Below the pieces are notes generated by a model, which was not told where the DNA came from, made no database searches, and worked only from the letters and a program-made list of their open reading frames with translations. The translations under genes and the position numbers were made by a program. Shown piece after piece: positions 1-11,276 of a stretch of 64,000 bases of DNA. The stretch is from Selaginella moellendorffii (Eukaryota; Plantae; Lycopodiophyta). The DNA lies in NCBI RefSeq assembly GCF_000143415.4, contig NW_003314340.1, forward strand, positions 62,001 to 126,000, given 5' to 3'. The number at the start of each line of letters is the position of its first letter. Position 1 is the stretch's first letter.

Positions 1-213
1 GCGGATGCCGTCAAAGACGCCGCGAGCGTTTTGGAGGCTGCCGCATTTGCCATACATCTGGACGAGCAAGTTGGAGAGGAAAGTGTCGAATTCGAGACTC
101 TTGTGCAAGTGGAGGAGCTGTGCGTGGAGCTGCGTCGCTCGAGAAAGGCTTGTGCATGACTTGATGCGCTCGACCCACTGGCCAACGCCCAGTTTCTCGT
201 GTATGCTTCTCAT
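1..213 (-). CDS. 5' end of a PLS-class PPR protein gene, runs off the left window edge
   Basis: Manual translation from ATG at 213: MRSIHEKLGVGQWVERIKSCTSLSRATQLHAQLLHLHKSLEFDTFLSNLLVQMYGKCGSLQNARGVFDGIR, with the typical PPR 'N.L..MYGKCGSL..AR.VFD' motif. Confidence 0.8.
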   Translation of the reverse strand, partial: MRSIHEKLGVGQWVERIKSCTSLSRATQLHAQLLHLHKSLEFDTFLSNLLVQMYGKCGSLQNARGVFDGIR

Positions 214-364
214 GGCTTTTCTTGGCAGCGGCCTGGAAAATGAGAAAACCAAGTTAAGTCTCGTGGCGGGTGCCGCACAGGGTGCATGGGGAATGTAGGG
301 AGAAGGACGTGATGCTCACAAACTTGTTGTCAACTTTCATCATATATATTGATTGATCTATGAG

Positions 365-1590
365 AAATTTAGACAAGCTGGACATGGACAAGATTAGTGT
401 ATTTTTTTGTATCTTCTTTAACCTCCACACTCCATGACTCCATTCAATAAGTTTATACCACTATTTGTCCTTTTGTCATTCCAAAGTCCCCAATCTTCTT
501 GATCATCAGTTCCAGTCAAGCATGCAATCTCCTTGGCATTGCTCCCCACCACTTCGCAGGCCCAGTATTATACTGGAGAACTAAGTAACCATTCTGCCAC
601 TTCTCAAGCTTGAATACTCCGAATGGCGGCGAGACAAGCTTGATTTCTCCAATTGCACGCTAACCTTTAGCAACTGTGATGCTAATCGCTCCTCGTCTGA
701 TCGAAGAGCCTTCAACCCATACCATTCACCCCCGCGAGAAATTACAGTACTCCGCCGAGCATCGATCCATTCGCGCTACATCAACACAGAGTTCCAAGCT
801 CCGATATGGACCATAGGCACAACAAGCTTGTATCGTCTTGCATTCTTGTCACTCACCATGGCCATTCCAAAGGAATATTTTGGTAAGATTCAAAATTGGG
901 TAGTGCCTTTGAACAGAAAAGATCACACACAAATACTGTCCATATAGTAGTGAAGTCCTTCCAACTCGCAAAGAAGAAGAAGGCAAGGTTGCTCTCAAGA
1001 TCGTAGGCCATAGAGCCTTTATAGTAAAGAGGAGTATAACTCTCCTCCTGGACAGTTTGCCAGTGCTGCCGAGGAAAGCTCGATCAAAGACGACGAGGAA
1101 ATGGATGATGAGGACGAGGACTGGATGTCCTGGAAGATTGGCGAGGATGTTTTGGAGATACTCATCAAGTTCCTGTGGCTCCATCCAGGCCATTGTCTCT
1201 TACAATTGGCCGATCTCTTTGAAGAGCATGCTCCTTGTGCTGCACTTTCGAAAGCTTTGCTTGGCATCCTGAGGCCTGGAGCAATGCGAGCTTTTGTGGA
1301 CACAAATCCATCAAAAAGTCCAATGGTATTTCCTTCCATGACAACTTCCCACCATTGCGACTTTGTAGAACAAGATCAAGCTTGAGATTAGTTGGGATTG
1401 GACTTGCCAAAAGCATGAGCTTCTTAGAATTTCGCCTCGGGGATATCTTAGAGATGGTTCCAGTGGAGGACTTGGTTGTTAGTGTAAGGCCCTTCACACA
1501 TCCCTTTAGCATACTTCTCCCAAGCATATTCTCTAGAAGCAATAATGGTTATGCCTAGTCTTTGAAATCGCTTCCATGGTTCTTGCCATT
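365..1590 (-). pseudogene. Broken paralog of the F-box-like gene at 13711-14772 (micro-inversion, insertion, frameshifts)
   Basis: The minus strand shares nucleotide blocks with 13711-14772 (e.g. cttgtccatgtccagcttgt at the 3' end; peptide LKLDLVLQSRNGGKLSWKEIPLDFLMD). There is no continuous ORF. Confidence 0.8.
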
Positions 1591-1759
1591 TTCCAGGGCA
1601 CTCTATGTCACTGGTGCCATGCAGCGGATAGCAGACCTAAGCCAGAATCTAGCGAGCTGCTAGATAGAAAACACTTCTTGATTGCTTAGACCCTAAACCT
1701 ACGATTATAGTGACCAACCTAGATTTCTCCAAGGAGGTTACGTTGCAAGCATAGACATG

Positions 1760-2501
1760 TCGTTCCAGCACACGACATAGTCATTGTAGATGACTGCTCC
1801 GCTGGTAGGGTCAGCCGCCGAGGATCGTCGTGCATGACACGGAGTTTCGCTCGTGGCAAAGAGCTACAAGGCCAAATCAAGATGCCCTCATTGGGCATAT
1901 GCTGCTGCATGGAATCTCGTCAAAACGTGCGACGGTATTCCACTCGGGAATCAAACCAAAAAAACTCCTTGAATTCTTGAAGATGCCCAAGGGTGGCAAC
2001 AGTCGCCAGCATGGCGCTCCAGGAAGTTAAGTCCCTCGCGGGCATACCATCAAAGACATCCTTCGCTTCCTCAAAACGGCGCATTCCAGGAGCCCAAGTG
2101 GCATTCCATCAAATACCTCCTCAATGCCCACTGTGGGCATTCCACGACACTGGATCCCTTTCCTCCAAATCCATGCCATCAAAAACAGCCCTCGCTTCTC
2201 GCCGTCATGTTCCATGACACCGAGGCTTTGCACGGGACCGCCTGGCCTCCTCCAATTCCCCGTTCTGGGCATGCACCGATAGCAGCAAGTTCCACGAGAA
2301 GATCTGGATGGTGTCAAAGACGCTGCGAGCGTTTTGGAGGCTGCCGCATTTGCCATACATCTGCTTGGAGAGGTAAGTGTTGAATTCGAGGCTCTTGTGC
2401 GACTGTGCGTGGAGCTGCGCCGCTCGAGAGAGGCTTGTGCATGACTTGATGCGCACGACCCACTGGCCAACGTTCCCATCGCCCAGATTCTCGAAGATCA
2501 T
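1760..2501 (-). pseudogene. Degenerate duplicate of the PPR gene at 1-213
   Basis: ORF 2205-2501 (VGQWVVRIKSCTSLSRAAQLHAQ..MYGKCGSLQNARSVFD) is near-identical to 1-213 but has deletions. Downstream PPR-like pieces are out of frame. Confidence 0.75.
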
Positions 2502-3385
2502 GTAGGCTTCTCATTTGACGATCTTGCCAGACAAGCTTTTCTCGTGGCAATGGCCTGGAAAAATCGTCACGAGAAAACGAAGTTAGAGTCATAGCGAATT
2601 TATTCGCGAGCGACTAGGCTACCAACTTAAAACTTTACTCGAAGTTTCACCTCGTCGTTTCGTGGAAGTCATTGTTCTTCGAGGATCATGCTGACGTTCT
2701 AGCGTTGCCAAAACAATGATGCCGTTTGCGTGCTGCAGTGCCCAACATTATCTTCACACACCTTTGTGGATCATTCATGCTCGCCAGATCGATGCACTGA
2801 CCACTGTTTTCTGGAATAAACAAATGCAAGCTGGTCAGAGAAAACATCTATTGGGGACAAAGATACCTCGAGCGTTCAAATCCAATGCCCTCCGAATTGT
2901 ATCCGCCACTGGCATCGTCCCAGGCCCTCATCGGCTCAGCGGTCCAGCGGCTGGAACAAATCCAAGGTGTGACGCCACGAAGGGTGCCCCGCTAGCACGA
3001 GGCTATTAATGCCGTCCTTCTCACCAAGCCACATACTTGTACGTCTTAAACTCTCTCCACTACAAAAGGCGAGACTGTCCGAAGAATTCGGAGCCCGCTG
3101 AATGGAGAATCCACTAGCGCTTGCAAAGAGTTCCTGGCTGTTTAGTGTGCTCGTGGAGCGCGTGATGGCTATGCTGCTCGCTACTGATCGTTGCCTCGAG
3201 CTGTTTGCAGATGGATATGAGAGTCTAGAGAACTGGGGGTCGTGCGGGATGGTAGGCGCTCCCTCGGCATTGGAAAGAGTAGCGGAGATCGGACTGGTCC
3301 AAGACTAGTTTGTGCATTCAGCACTGATCTGCAAAGAAGAAAAAAGGATCAGTATATTTAGATCTATGTAGATCTATCTACCTTG

Positions 3386-4747
3386 TCAATAGTAGAGTGT
3401 TCGAGTCCGATGGAATCGAAGGTTTTTGTTTGCTCCTATTCCCGACGACCACAGCCACCAATCCACTTGCACGCTCAGGACCTGGAAATTTTCAATGTCA
3501 CGAACAGTTTGGTATGATATCCAATCGACTCATACCTCTTTCCCAGCCTTCGATCTTAGTTTCTCGCGGAGCATCTCCACTGCTGCGATTGTACAAGCAC
3601 GAATTTCAATCTCTTCCTCCGTGCCGGACGACAGCTCCTCGAGATTGTCTACTATTCGAGCAAGTTTCGGGCTGTAGTTGAGGATTCCCCACTGCCGAAG
3701 AACAGCAGGAACAATGTAGTCCGCAAACATCGTTATAGCAGCAATGTCCGCGAATGCTCCCAAGCCTTGGCCCTTGAAAGCTCCCCAAAGATCAGCAACA
3801 AATATCTGAGCTCTCTTGTAAAGGAAGACTTGATGCCCCTTGTACACGGAATGGTCCCTGAAGCCTGGACGTGTACAAGGATCAAAAGAACAGCTCATAC
3901 ATATCCAAGAACAACTGATTACCAGGAAAATGCATAGCAACCAGTTCCACAAGAGCGACAGCCGAGCCGCGTGCAGCAAGGATTAAGTTTACTGCTTGTC
4001 CATCGAAGCTTCTCTCTAGTTCAGTCCCCACCTAGAAAAAACAAAAGAGAGAAAAAAAAATTAGTGTGCGTGTCAGTGCACAAATTGAATCTAACCTCTG
4101 CTAATAAACGGGCACGTTCGTCCTGTAGAGGAAGTGGGCGTGGCCATTCAAGTAATTCACGCAACTGAATGCCTGCGTTTGACACACGCAGCTAACTAAT
4201 CAGCAAAAAAACTTGACCGCAAAAGCTAAAAAACAAGCGCTTACCTGTGAAAGACTTGAGACTCTTAGCATCGAAAATGCTGTTATCTCTTTGCAAAGCG
4301 CGCTTGAGCCCCGCCGCCAAGTGATCGTAGTGAAGGTCGCCATCTACAAAAAACGACAGTGTCAAGCAACAAAAGAACAACAAAAGAACAACAAAAGAAA
4401 GGAATGATCAAACCTGGCCAAAAGCAGAAGTTGAGAGTGTCAAGGACCAACAAGTACTGTGCCGTGAGAGGACCACCATCGAAGTAATGGATGCCTTCGA
4501 AGTCCCATGAAACCGCTGGGAGATCTCCGTGCAGACCATCCACCACCTTTGCAATGCCTGCACAATCACCACGGAAGATCATCCAAAAGAAGGAAAGAAA
4601 GAAAGAAAAAGTTCTGGATGAAAAATTCTCACCGGCGGGATCGATGGAAACATGAGACGCGTGATCGGCTACCCATTCCGTCGAGGATCGAACAGCCAAG
4701 GAGGAGAATGGCGCTGCCACGGCATTGCGCTCTCCGTGATCCGCCAT
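3386..4747 (-). CDS. QNG1: Queuosine-5'-phosphate N-glycosylase / queuosine salvage protein (DUF2419, C9orf64-like), multi-exon
   Basis: Exonic peptides YLLVLDTLNFCFWP, YKRAQIFVADLW, TMFADYIVPAVLR and EIEIRACTI. The last exon translates by hand to VLSVQVDWWLWSSGIGANKNLRFHRTRTLYY* (stop 3386-3388). Confidence 0.9.
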
Positions 4748-4887
4748 AGCCTTAGGGTTTAAGCGGCACTAGGCATTAACCAAAAAAAAATGGCCCTGTA
4801 CACTCAAGAAAGAGAGAGAGGAAGAACCGAGATTTCTACTCTAGGAAGAAAGAAACGAGGGATCGAGCGAGAGAATCACGCTGTCTC

Positions 4888-5189
4888 TCAGCTCCTGGTG
4901 CCGCCGATGATCTTCTTGATGGAATGCAGCAGCTTCGTCCAGAAGGACACTTCCGGCTCCTCTTCGCCGGGCTCTTCCGCGATCTCGATGCCCGACTCGA
5001 TGTCGACGTTGCCGCCGCGCGGTGGCGATCTGCGAGAACACGCACGAAAAACGCCTCAAGCATCGATATTTCGGAGGAAACAAGCGCAAGAACGAGGATT
5101 CTCGCCGCCGATCGATCGCAGCGCAAGCAAGAAGGCGCCTACCTGTGCTGCCATGGCGCCGGCGGGATTGCGCCTCGGACGCGTTCCAT
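4888..5189 (-). CDS. Putative small two-exon orphan protein (~62 aa)
   Basis: Joining across the GT..AG intron (~5142-5030) gives MERVRGAIPPAPWQHRSPPRGGNVDIESGIEIAEEPGEEEPEVSFWTKLLHSIKKIIGGTRS*. No family recognised. Confidence 0.4.
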
Positions 5190-5424
5190 CGCTTGGCGCA
5201 TTTGAGCGAGAGACCGAGACGAAGAACAAAGGAAATGCGCGGCAAAACCCTCAAACGCATGGCAAAATATTTCACCTTTTATTCAAGTGTAGGTCTCAGA
5301 GATGGAAGATAGAAATTTGGAGATAACGCTCATGATCATAGAGCATTTCTATAGATACCTTTGTTCGTGCCACTTCTTCTTAGTTCTCCCTTGAGAGAGT
5401 TCTTCTTTGGAGCCCGGATGATGA

Positions 5425-6550
5425 TCAAATCTCTAGCAAGCTCGCCGATTCATCGTCACTGCCATCGCTGCCACTGCTGCTTCCGCTTCCACCCTCGGAG
5501 CTGCTGCTGCTTCCACTCTCGCTGGAGCTTGCCTTGGACTCTGGATGATCCGGCACAGCAGGATGGCTCTCGATCGAGAGCGGCGGCGGCTTGGAGTTGA
5601 GCTGCCCGTCCTCGTCCTCGCTCACATCCACGTCCTCGAGCTCGTAGTCACTCTCGTGCTCCGCCATGCCCTCCTCCATGTTGTTGCTCACGTCGATGTG
5701 CTCGACGTTGTTGGCTAGAACACCACCGCTCGGCTTGAGCTTCTTCGCGTCCGCGGCAGCATCGTCTTCCATGTCCACCGGCGAGAACTCATCCGCGTGT
5801 GATCGCTTCGGCGGAGGAGATGGCGCTGCGGCTTTCGATTTTCCTTTGCTCCCAGCAGCTTTCTTCTCGTTTTTCTTGTTGCTCGCTGCGGCCTCGGGCT
5901 GGCCACCAATGACAATCTCTTCGATGTGTTCCTGGAAGAAAAACCAAGAGCACGAAACTAAGAACAAGCCCAAGAGCATAGAAGCAAGGAAGAAAGTTCG
6001 AGGATCACATACCCGAGGGCCTCTATAGACGTTGGCATCGTCTCCGGCGCTAGCACTGCTCGTTCCATTCAGATGCAAAGGCGATCGATTTTCCGGAGCT
6101 GCGAGAGCCGAGGAGGAGGAGGCCGCAGACTCGCCAGGCAACCGGAGATGCCTGAGGCTCTTCACTGCCCTGTGGAGCCTTTCTAATCTGAAAGTCCTTC
6201 CATCAAAGAACAAGATAGCATCGGAGTCTTTGCAGTCCTCGCTAATACCTTGAAACGCGACCTTGGGCTTCCCTGGCTGATTGTTTGAGAGCTCCACAGT
6301 CACCTCGGCGCCCTTGTCTTTGTGGAGCGACCCTGGCCGGCTCGTATCGATCGAAGCAGGCTTGAATTCATCTAAGCGCCACAGGCAAAGAAAGAAATCT
6401 CAGCTGGAAATATCGATCGAGATCGAGATCGCACTTACAGCGCAGGAAGTAGAAGCGCTTGGACGGATCCTTGAGACTGGATCCGAGCTGTAGAGGATAC
6501 CAGTGCTCCGCCTGGGGCGCCGTGGAGGGCTCCTTGGGGCGCGCAGCCAT
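5425..6550 (-). CDS. EAF: ELL-associated factor (EAF) family RNA polymerase II elongation factor
   Basis: N-terminus MAARPKEPSTAPQAEHWYPLQLGSS..FLR|YEFKPASID..FQG..AILFFDGRTFRLERLHRAVKSLRHLR; acidic Ser-rich C-terminus; two short introns. Confidence 0.88.
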
Positions 6551-6628
6551 AGCTCGCTCAAGAACCCTAATTTCGTGGGCTTTGGCCAAGAGACCTAATC
6601 TCGAAACGCCAGGGATTTTGGAGCGAGG
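6551..6628. promoter_or_regulatory. 78-bp bidirectional promoter/UTR spacer with telo-box-like and site II-like motifs
   Basis: Divergent ATGs at 6550 and 6629. The spacer holds AACCCTAA (~6563) and TGGGCT (~6576). Confidence 0.55.
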
Positions 6629-7195
6629 ATGGAGGGCAAGATCGATGCCGATGGCTGCACCTATACCAGGATTCGCCGCAAGACTTGCAATACCGTGGAG
6701 GATCCAGAGACGAGGAAGCCGATCTTGAGGTGTGAGAGGCTCGAGCAGCTCCTCCGCCACTGCCCTGGGAGGTAATCTCTATTTCTTTCTTCCAATTTCG
6801 ATCATCATCGATCTAGGAAGCCCGAGGTCGTGGAGTCCAAGAGAGAGGAGACAGAGGAGGACGTTCCAAGCGAGGAGGAGGGCGATCACCAGCACAGCCT
6901 TGGCTCTAGCAGCGGCAATCCATTGTCACGATTCTCCGAGGCGCTGGAGGAGCATCTATCGGGCGAGATCGAGGGATTCATGCGCGCGGCGGAAGAGATG
7001 GCAAACGAGCTGTTTGGGAACTTTGGGATCTTCAAGCACGGCGAGAGAGAGAGGGGCAGCGACGAGGAGAGATTCCACCGGAGAGCTCCATCGCCGCAGC
7101 CATTCGGGCGAGGAAGAAGGGGCGAGGAGATGGAAGGAGAAGAAAAAGAAGGGGAGGATTTCGCGGACTTTCGCAAGGGCTTTAAAGAAGTTTGA
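6629..7195 (+). CDS. Mal d 1-/Fra a 1-associated protein-like, two exons
   Basis: MEGKIDADGCTYTRIRRKTCNTVEDPETRKPILRCERLEQLLRHCPG-intron-PEVVESKREETEED...KEV*; the Cys spacing and 'EVV.S..E.TEED' match the family as I recall it. Confidence 0.7.
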
Positions 7196-7242
7196 GCACA
7201 AAAATTAGGGTTCTTACTTTTAGGGTTCTTGAGAGTTTCTAG

Positions 7243-8377
7243 CTACTGCGCATTGAATCGGTTACACGATCGCCGGATCTCGCCCGCCCCGCCGGTCTTG
7301 ACGCCCAATCTGGAGAGCTTGTCCATGGATGCCGCGAAGGAAAAGAAGAACAGCGCTGGATCTCGAGCGAATAGCCTGACGATTTCCCTGGAGGGGAAGG
7401 AGGCGAGGAGGCTCTCGTCGGATGTGAGCAGCGATCTGCCGGCTTCCAGGTTCTTGAAGTAATGGTTGTCGAAGGTGAAAGGCGCGGCCTTGTCGAAGAA
7501 CTCGATGGCCGTCACAGGGGCTCCTGGCGGGCAGTCCTTCTTGAGTTCCTTCGCGAAGGACGGATCGAGAGAAGGGTCTGTGCCGTCCAGAGAGGTGTTG
7601 ACTCCATAGAGCCTCTGGCTGAATTGCGAGCAGTGGGAGACCCCGAGCGTGTGAGCGCCTGGAAAAAGAGAAGATCATCGAGGCTTTTCGAGCTAGCAGC
7701 TACATATCCATACCAGAGAGCGTGACGAGATCAAGTAAGTTGAGTCCTTTGCTGTGGAAGTTCTTGAGCAGCTCGTCCAGACCAGACCTTGGCGATGGGA
7801 TTTCTCTAAGCGCGCTATCCGCGCGTGACACTGTTCCATCCCTCCGTCCGAGCGCCAGATTCCAGCCCGGCCCTCCCGCCTGGAAGAGTTTATAAAGATC
7901 AAAACAAGGACACAGAAGCATGCTGGAAACTTGCCAGGATCAACATATCTCGAGTGACCATCGCAAGTATATCAGCACACGAGACCACACCCGGGCACTG
8001 GGCTTCCACGGCTTGCTTCGCGAGATCGATCGTATCAAACGCATCCTGGACTAAGTCCCGGTTTGCCACGGAGTCTCTCTCGACCGAGGACTGCGGAGTT
8101 TGGCCGATGAGGATCGATCCATCGCAGCCCTGCATTGTTTGTGGGATTGGCAAACGCGCTCTACCCGATCAACACAAACCTCTACGAAGCAGTCGTGGAA
8201 GAAAAGCCGAAGAACTTGTGCTGGGTGATTGGTCAGCTGCTGGAATCTCCTCAGTGAAACTTGCGCGACGATGGATGCGATGCCTGGGCAGCTCGAGTCG
8301 TAGAAACCGGGCCAGAATTGGTGGGAAGAGCTTGGAAAAATCACTGCGATTGCAATCAAAACAGCCAGAAATCTCAT
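7243..8377 (-). CDS. Class III secretory peroxidase (4 exons)
   Basis: Signal peptide, [10 protein letters not shown]|GCDGSIL, VSCADIL, GRRDG, LSG|AHTLG, FDNHYFKNL, GEIRRSC. Confidence 0.93.
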
Positions 8378-8813
8378 CTTGGTTGGACTCCGCAGCTCAA
8401 GTTACTGTCATGCAATTTAGTTCATTATAATATAAGTGGGATTCTTGAGGTGGACTATTCTGATGAGTGGATCTTATTATTATCTAGCTTTAGCAGTTCT
8501 GGCAATGATTCTCAGGGTTTTGTACCACAAAGTTGCTCATCGAGTAGACAAAGTGAAATTATTGTTTGTAAAAATTGTTTGCTGGAAGTAATGTGAAATT
8601 TCTTCACACCCTTTTAAATTAATGCTAAATCTTAGAATATACTCTATGGACATTCCATATTGCGCTGGAAGTATCTTCTTATTAAAGGTTGAAAGAAAAA
8701 GAAACAGTGACAAAAACGTCTCTCTCTTTCTCTTCGCTCTCTTGCTTTTCCTCTTTCTTTTGCCTCCTGCACATAAAGATTTTGCTATGCAGTCCTTTAT
8801 TTGATTAACTCCC

Positions 8814-10820
8814 TCAGCCATGCTGCTCAAACCCTTCAAGACACTTGAAGAGCGGCTCCATCAGGCTCCCATTGCAGAATGCATCGTATATTTTGTCCAG
8901 GTCCTGCTTGGGAGCTCTTCCTTCCAGGCCACCCCCTGTGAGCATCTCCGTGCCCAGTTCATGACGAACAAACTGGTACAGCGGGTATGAGACGCACTTC
9001 TCTATGATATGAGTCGCAGGTTTGTCCAGGGACTCTTTCCTGGTTGTGGCAATCGCCTCCTCCAGTTTTGGTTTCAATCGATCTTTAAACTCGCCAAATT
9101 TCCTGACCGAGCAGCCCTGCGTGGTGGGATTGGCGAGAAAGACTTGCCTCAGCTTGTTTAGTAGTGTGGAGGAGCCGTCCATTGCATCGTCAATGAAGCT
9201 GAACGTATACTGCTTCTCCACTTCGAGCAGCATGCTCTCAACACAGGCAGCCGGGAAGAACTCATCCCCGATCGAGGAGAGAACTTTCATCACAGCTCCT
9301 TGCAATGCCACCTCCAGATGCCTCAGATCGATCGCCTGGCAGATGCCCAACAAGTACGTGGACAGCATCATCTTGAGAATCTCAGCGGCCTCTTCGGATT
9401 TCCTCGCGGAGACGAGTCCGAGAGAGTTGACTGCCTGATTGTGGTGCTCGGCCGTCTGAACGTGGGTGGTGACGGGATTCGCCAAGTATGCAAGCTCGGA
9501 CATGTAGGCAGCCATGGCAATCTCTGCGCAATGGAATCCATAATCAAGGGACGAGTCCGCACCAGCTGACAGGTTGGAAGGCAGCCCGTTGTTGAAGCTG
9601 GCATTGACCAGCTCCGAGAATTGAGCAAAGACGAGCTTCCCGATTGCGGCCAGGGCGATTCTCACGTTGTCCATCGCGACACCGATGGGAGTGCCTTGGA
9701 AGTTTGCACCGTGCAGCGCCTTGTCACGCGCAACGTCGATCACGGGATTGTCGTTGACCGAGTTGATCTCTCGCTCGATGGAGCGAGTTGCATGGCGGAT
9801 GACTTCGATCTGGGGGCCTAGCCATTGCGGAGAGCTTCGTATTGCGTAGTGGTCTTGCCTGAACTTTTTGAGGTTGTCAACCTGGTTCAGTCTAGCTGCG
9901 GACGCCATGAAAGCGCTGTCTTGAAGGACGTGGTTCATGACTGCCGCAGCTTCGATCTGCCCAGGGTGGCGCTTCAGCTTGTGGATGAGCGGATCTACAA
10001 ACTCGCTGCGTGCGTGGATGACTTCGCAAAACATGGCAGTCAGGACTTCAGCAAAGACGACGAGAACGTTGGCATCGAAGCAAACGAGAGATCCCAGAGC
10101 TGCACCCGCCGAAGTCCCATTCACAAGCGCTATTCCTTCCTTGGGCCGCAGTTCGAATGGAGCTTCAACTCCCGCAAGCTTGAGGGCTTCTTGAGCAGAG
10201 GTGACGCTTCCATCTCTGGTGAAAGCTACTGAATCTGGTCTTCCGGTTAGAACGGCTGCAATGTAGGCCAGCGGCATGAGATCCCCCGAAGCAGTGATTG
10301 ATCCTCGGAGAGGAACTTTGGGCGTAACTTGAGCATTGATGAGCTTGACAATGGCATCCAGGATCTCCCAACGTGTTCCCGAGTAGCCTTGCACCAAACA
10401 GTTGGCCCTCACCAGCATGGTGGCGCGCGTGACATGAACAGGCAAGACATTGCTTGGATTGGTGCCCATGATGCCAGCATTCAAGTAGCGGATTAGCTCC
10501 TGCTGTAGGCCCGAGAAATTTGCCGTCCTTCGATTGCAGTGAGCTCCGAAGCCAGTGGAGATTGCATAGGTATCGACTCCTTTCGCGACACTCTCCATGA
10601 CCCACTCTGCGCATTTGTCCACTCGAGATTTGGCACTCTGGACAGCAAGCTCAACATGGACGTGGTCAGCGCGCCTAGCAACTGCTGTGACTTGCTCGAT
10701 TGTCAGGGCAGTGCCCTCGAGCGCTATCATGCTGGCGTTGTCTAAACCCTTGACCATCCTACGAACTTCCTTCAAGTGGCTATCAACTCCATCCATGGGG
10801 TATGCATCTGCACTTCCCAT
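8814..10820 (-). CDS. PAL: Divergent intronless PAL-family MIO enzyme (aromatic amino acid ammonia-lyase/aminomutase)
   Basis: 668 aa from ATG 10820. MIO motif GSITASGDL plus ALVNGT, NSVNDNP, NFQGTPIG and NNGLPSNL; several active-site substitutions (see findings). Confidence 0.93.
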   Translation of the reverse strand: MGSADAYPMDGVDSHLKEVRRMVKGLDNASMIALEGTALTIEQVTAVARRADHVHVELAVQSAKSRVDKCAEWVMESVAKGVDTYAISTGFGAHCNRRTANFSGLQQELIRYLNAGIMGTNPSNVLPVHVTRATMLVRANCLVQGYSGTRWEILDAIVKLINAQVTPKVPLRGSITASGDLMPLAYIAAVLTGRPDSVAFTRDGSVTSAQEALKLAGVEAPFELRPKEGIALVNGTSAGAALGSLVCFDANVLVVFAEVLTAMFCEVIHARSEFVDPLIHKLKRHPGQIEAAAVMNHVLQDSAFMASAARLNQVDNLKKFRQDHYAIRSSPQWLGPQIEVIRHATRSIEREINSVNDNPVIDVARDKALHGANFQGTPIGVAMDNVRIALAAIGKLVFAQFSELVNASFNNGLPSNLSAGADSSLDYGFHCAEIAMAAYMSELAYLANPVTTHVQTAEHHNQAVNSLGLVSARKSEEAAEILKMMLSTYLLGICQAIDLRHLEVALQGAVMKVLSSIGDEFFPAACVESMLLEVEKQYTFSFIDDAMDGSSTLLNKLRQVFLANPTTQGCSVRKFGEFKDRLKPKLEEAIATTRKESLDKPATHIIEKCVSYPLYQFVRHELGTEMLTGGGLEGRAPKQDLDKIYDAFCNGSLMEPLFKCLEGFEQHG

Positions 10821-11276
10821 TTCACAAGTCCTAGATCTGATCTCACACACACCTGAACCGTCTTCGTTCTAATGGCGAAAAGTAGTCGAAATGGGCTCTC
10901 GTTAGCTCTTTCTACGTGGCTCTTGCTGTTTCCTACGCGTTAAGGGAAAGTTGCCATCGGCATGGCGAGCAGGCAAGATAGGAGTAGGGCAGACAAGCCA
11001 TGGCACGCTACCAGGCGCCGGAAGAACTGCCTGAATGCCCAAGATTCCAAAAGGTTACTCAATAACACAAAGTATGTGACTTTGCATTTTTAACAAAGGG
11101 TAGACTGTCATGGCTGTGAAGCACCAGCTAATCCCCCATGCAATTGAGCTCACCCACGTTCAAACACGAGGGAATTTTGCTCGCCACATTAAAAGTTTAG
11201 CATCAAATTCTTTCTTAACCTTCTATGGTTTATATGAAACTTGATGACATCCAACTATTATGTCTCCACTCATTTA

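Noticed and set aside
1675-1705. TTGATTGCTTAGACCCTAAACC resembles the template region of plant telomerase RNA
   Set aside because: No USE/TATA upstream and no other conserved TR blocks seen; telo-box-like motifs are common in this window.
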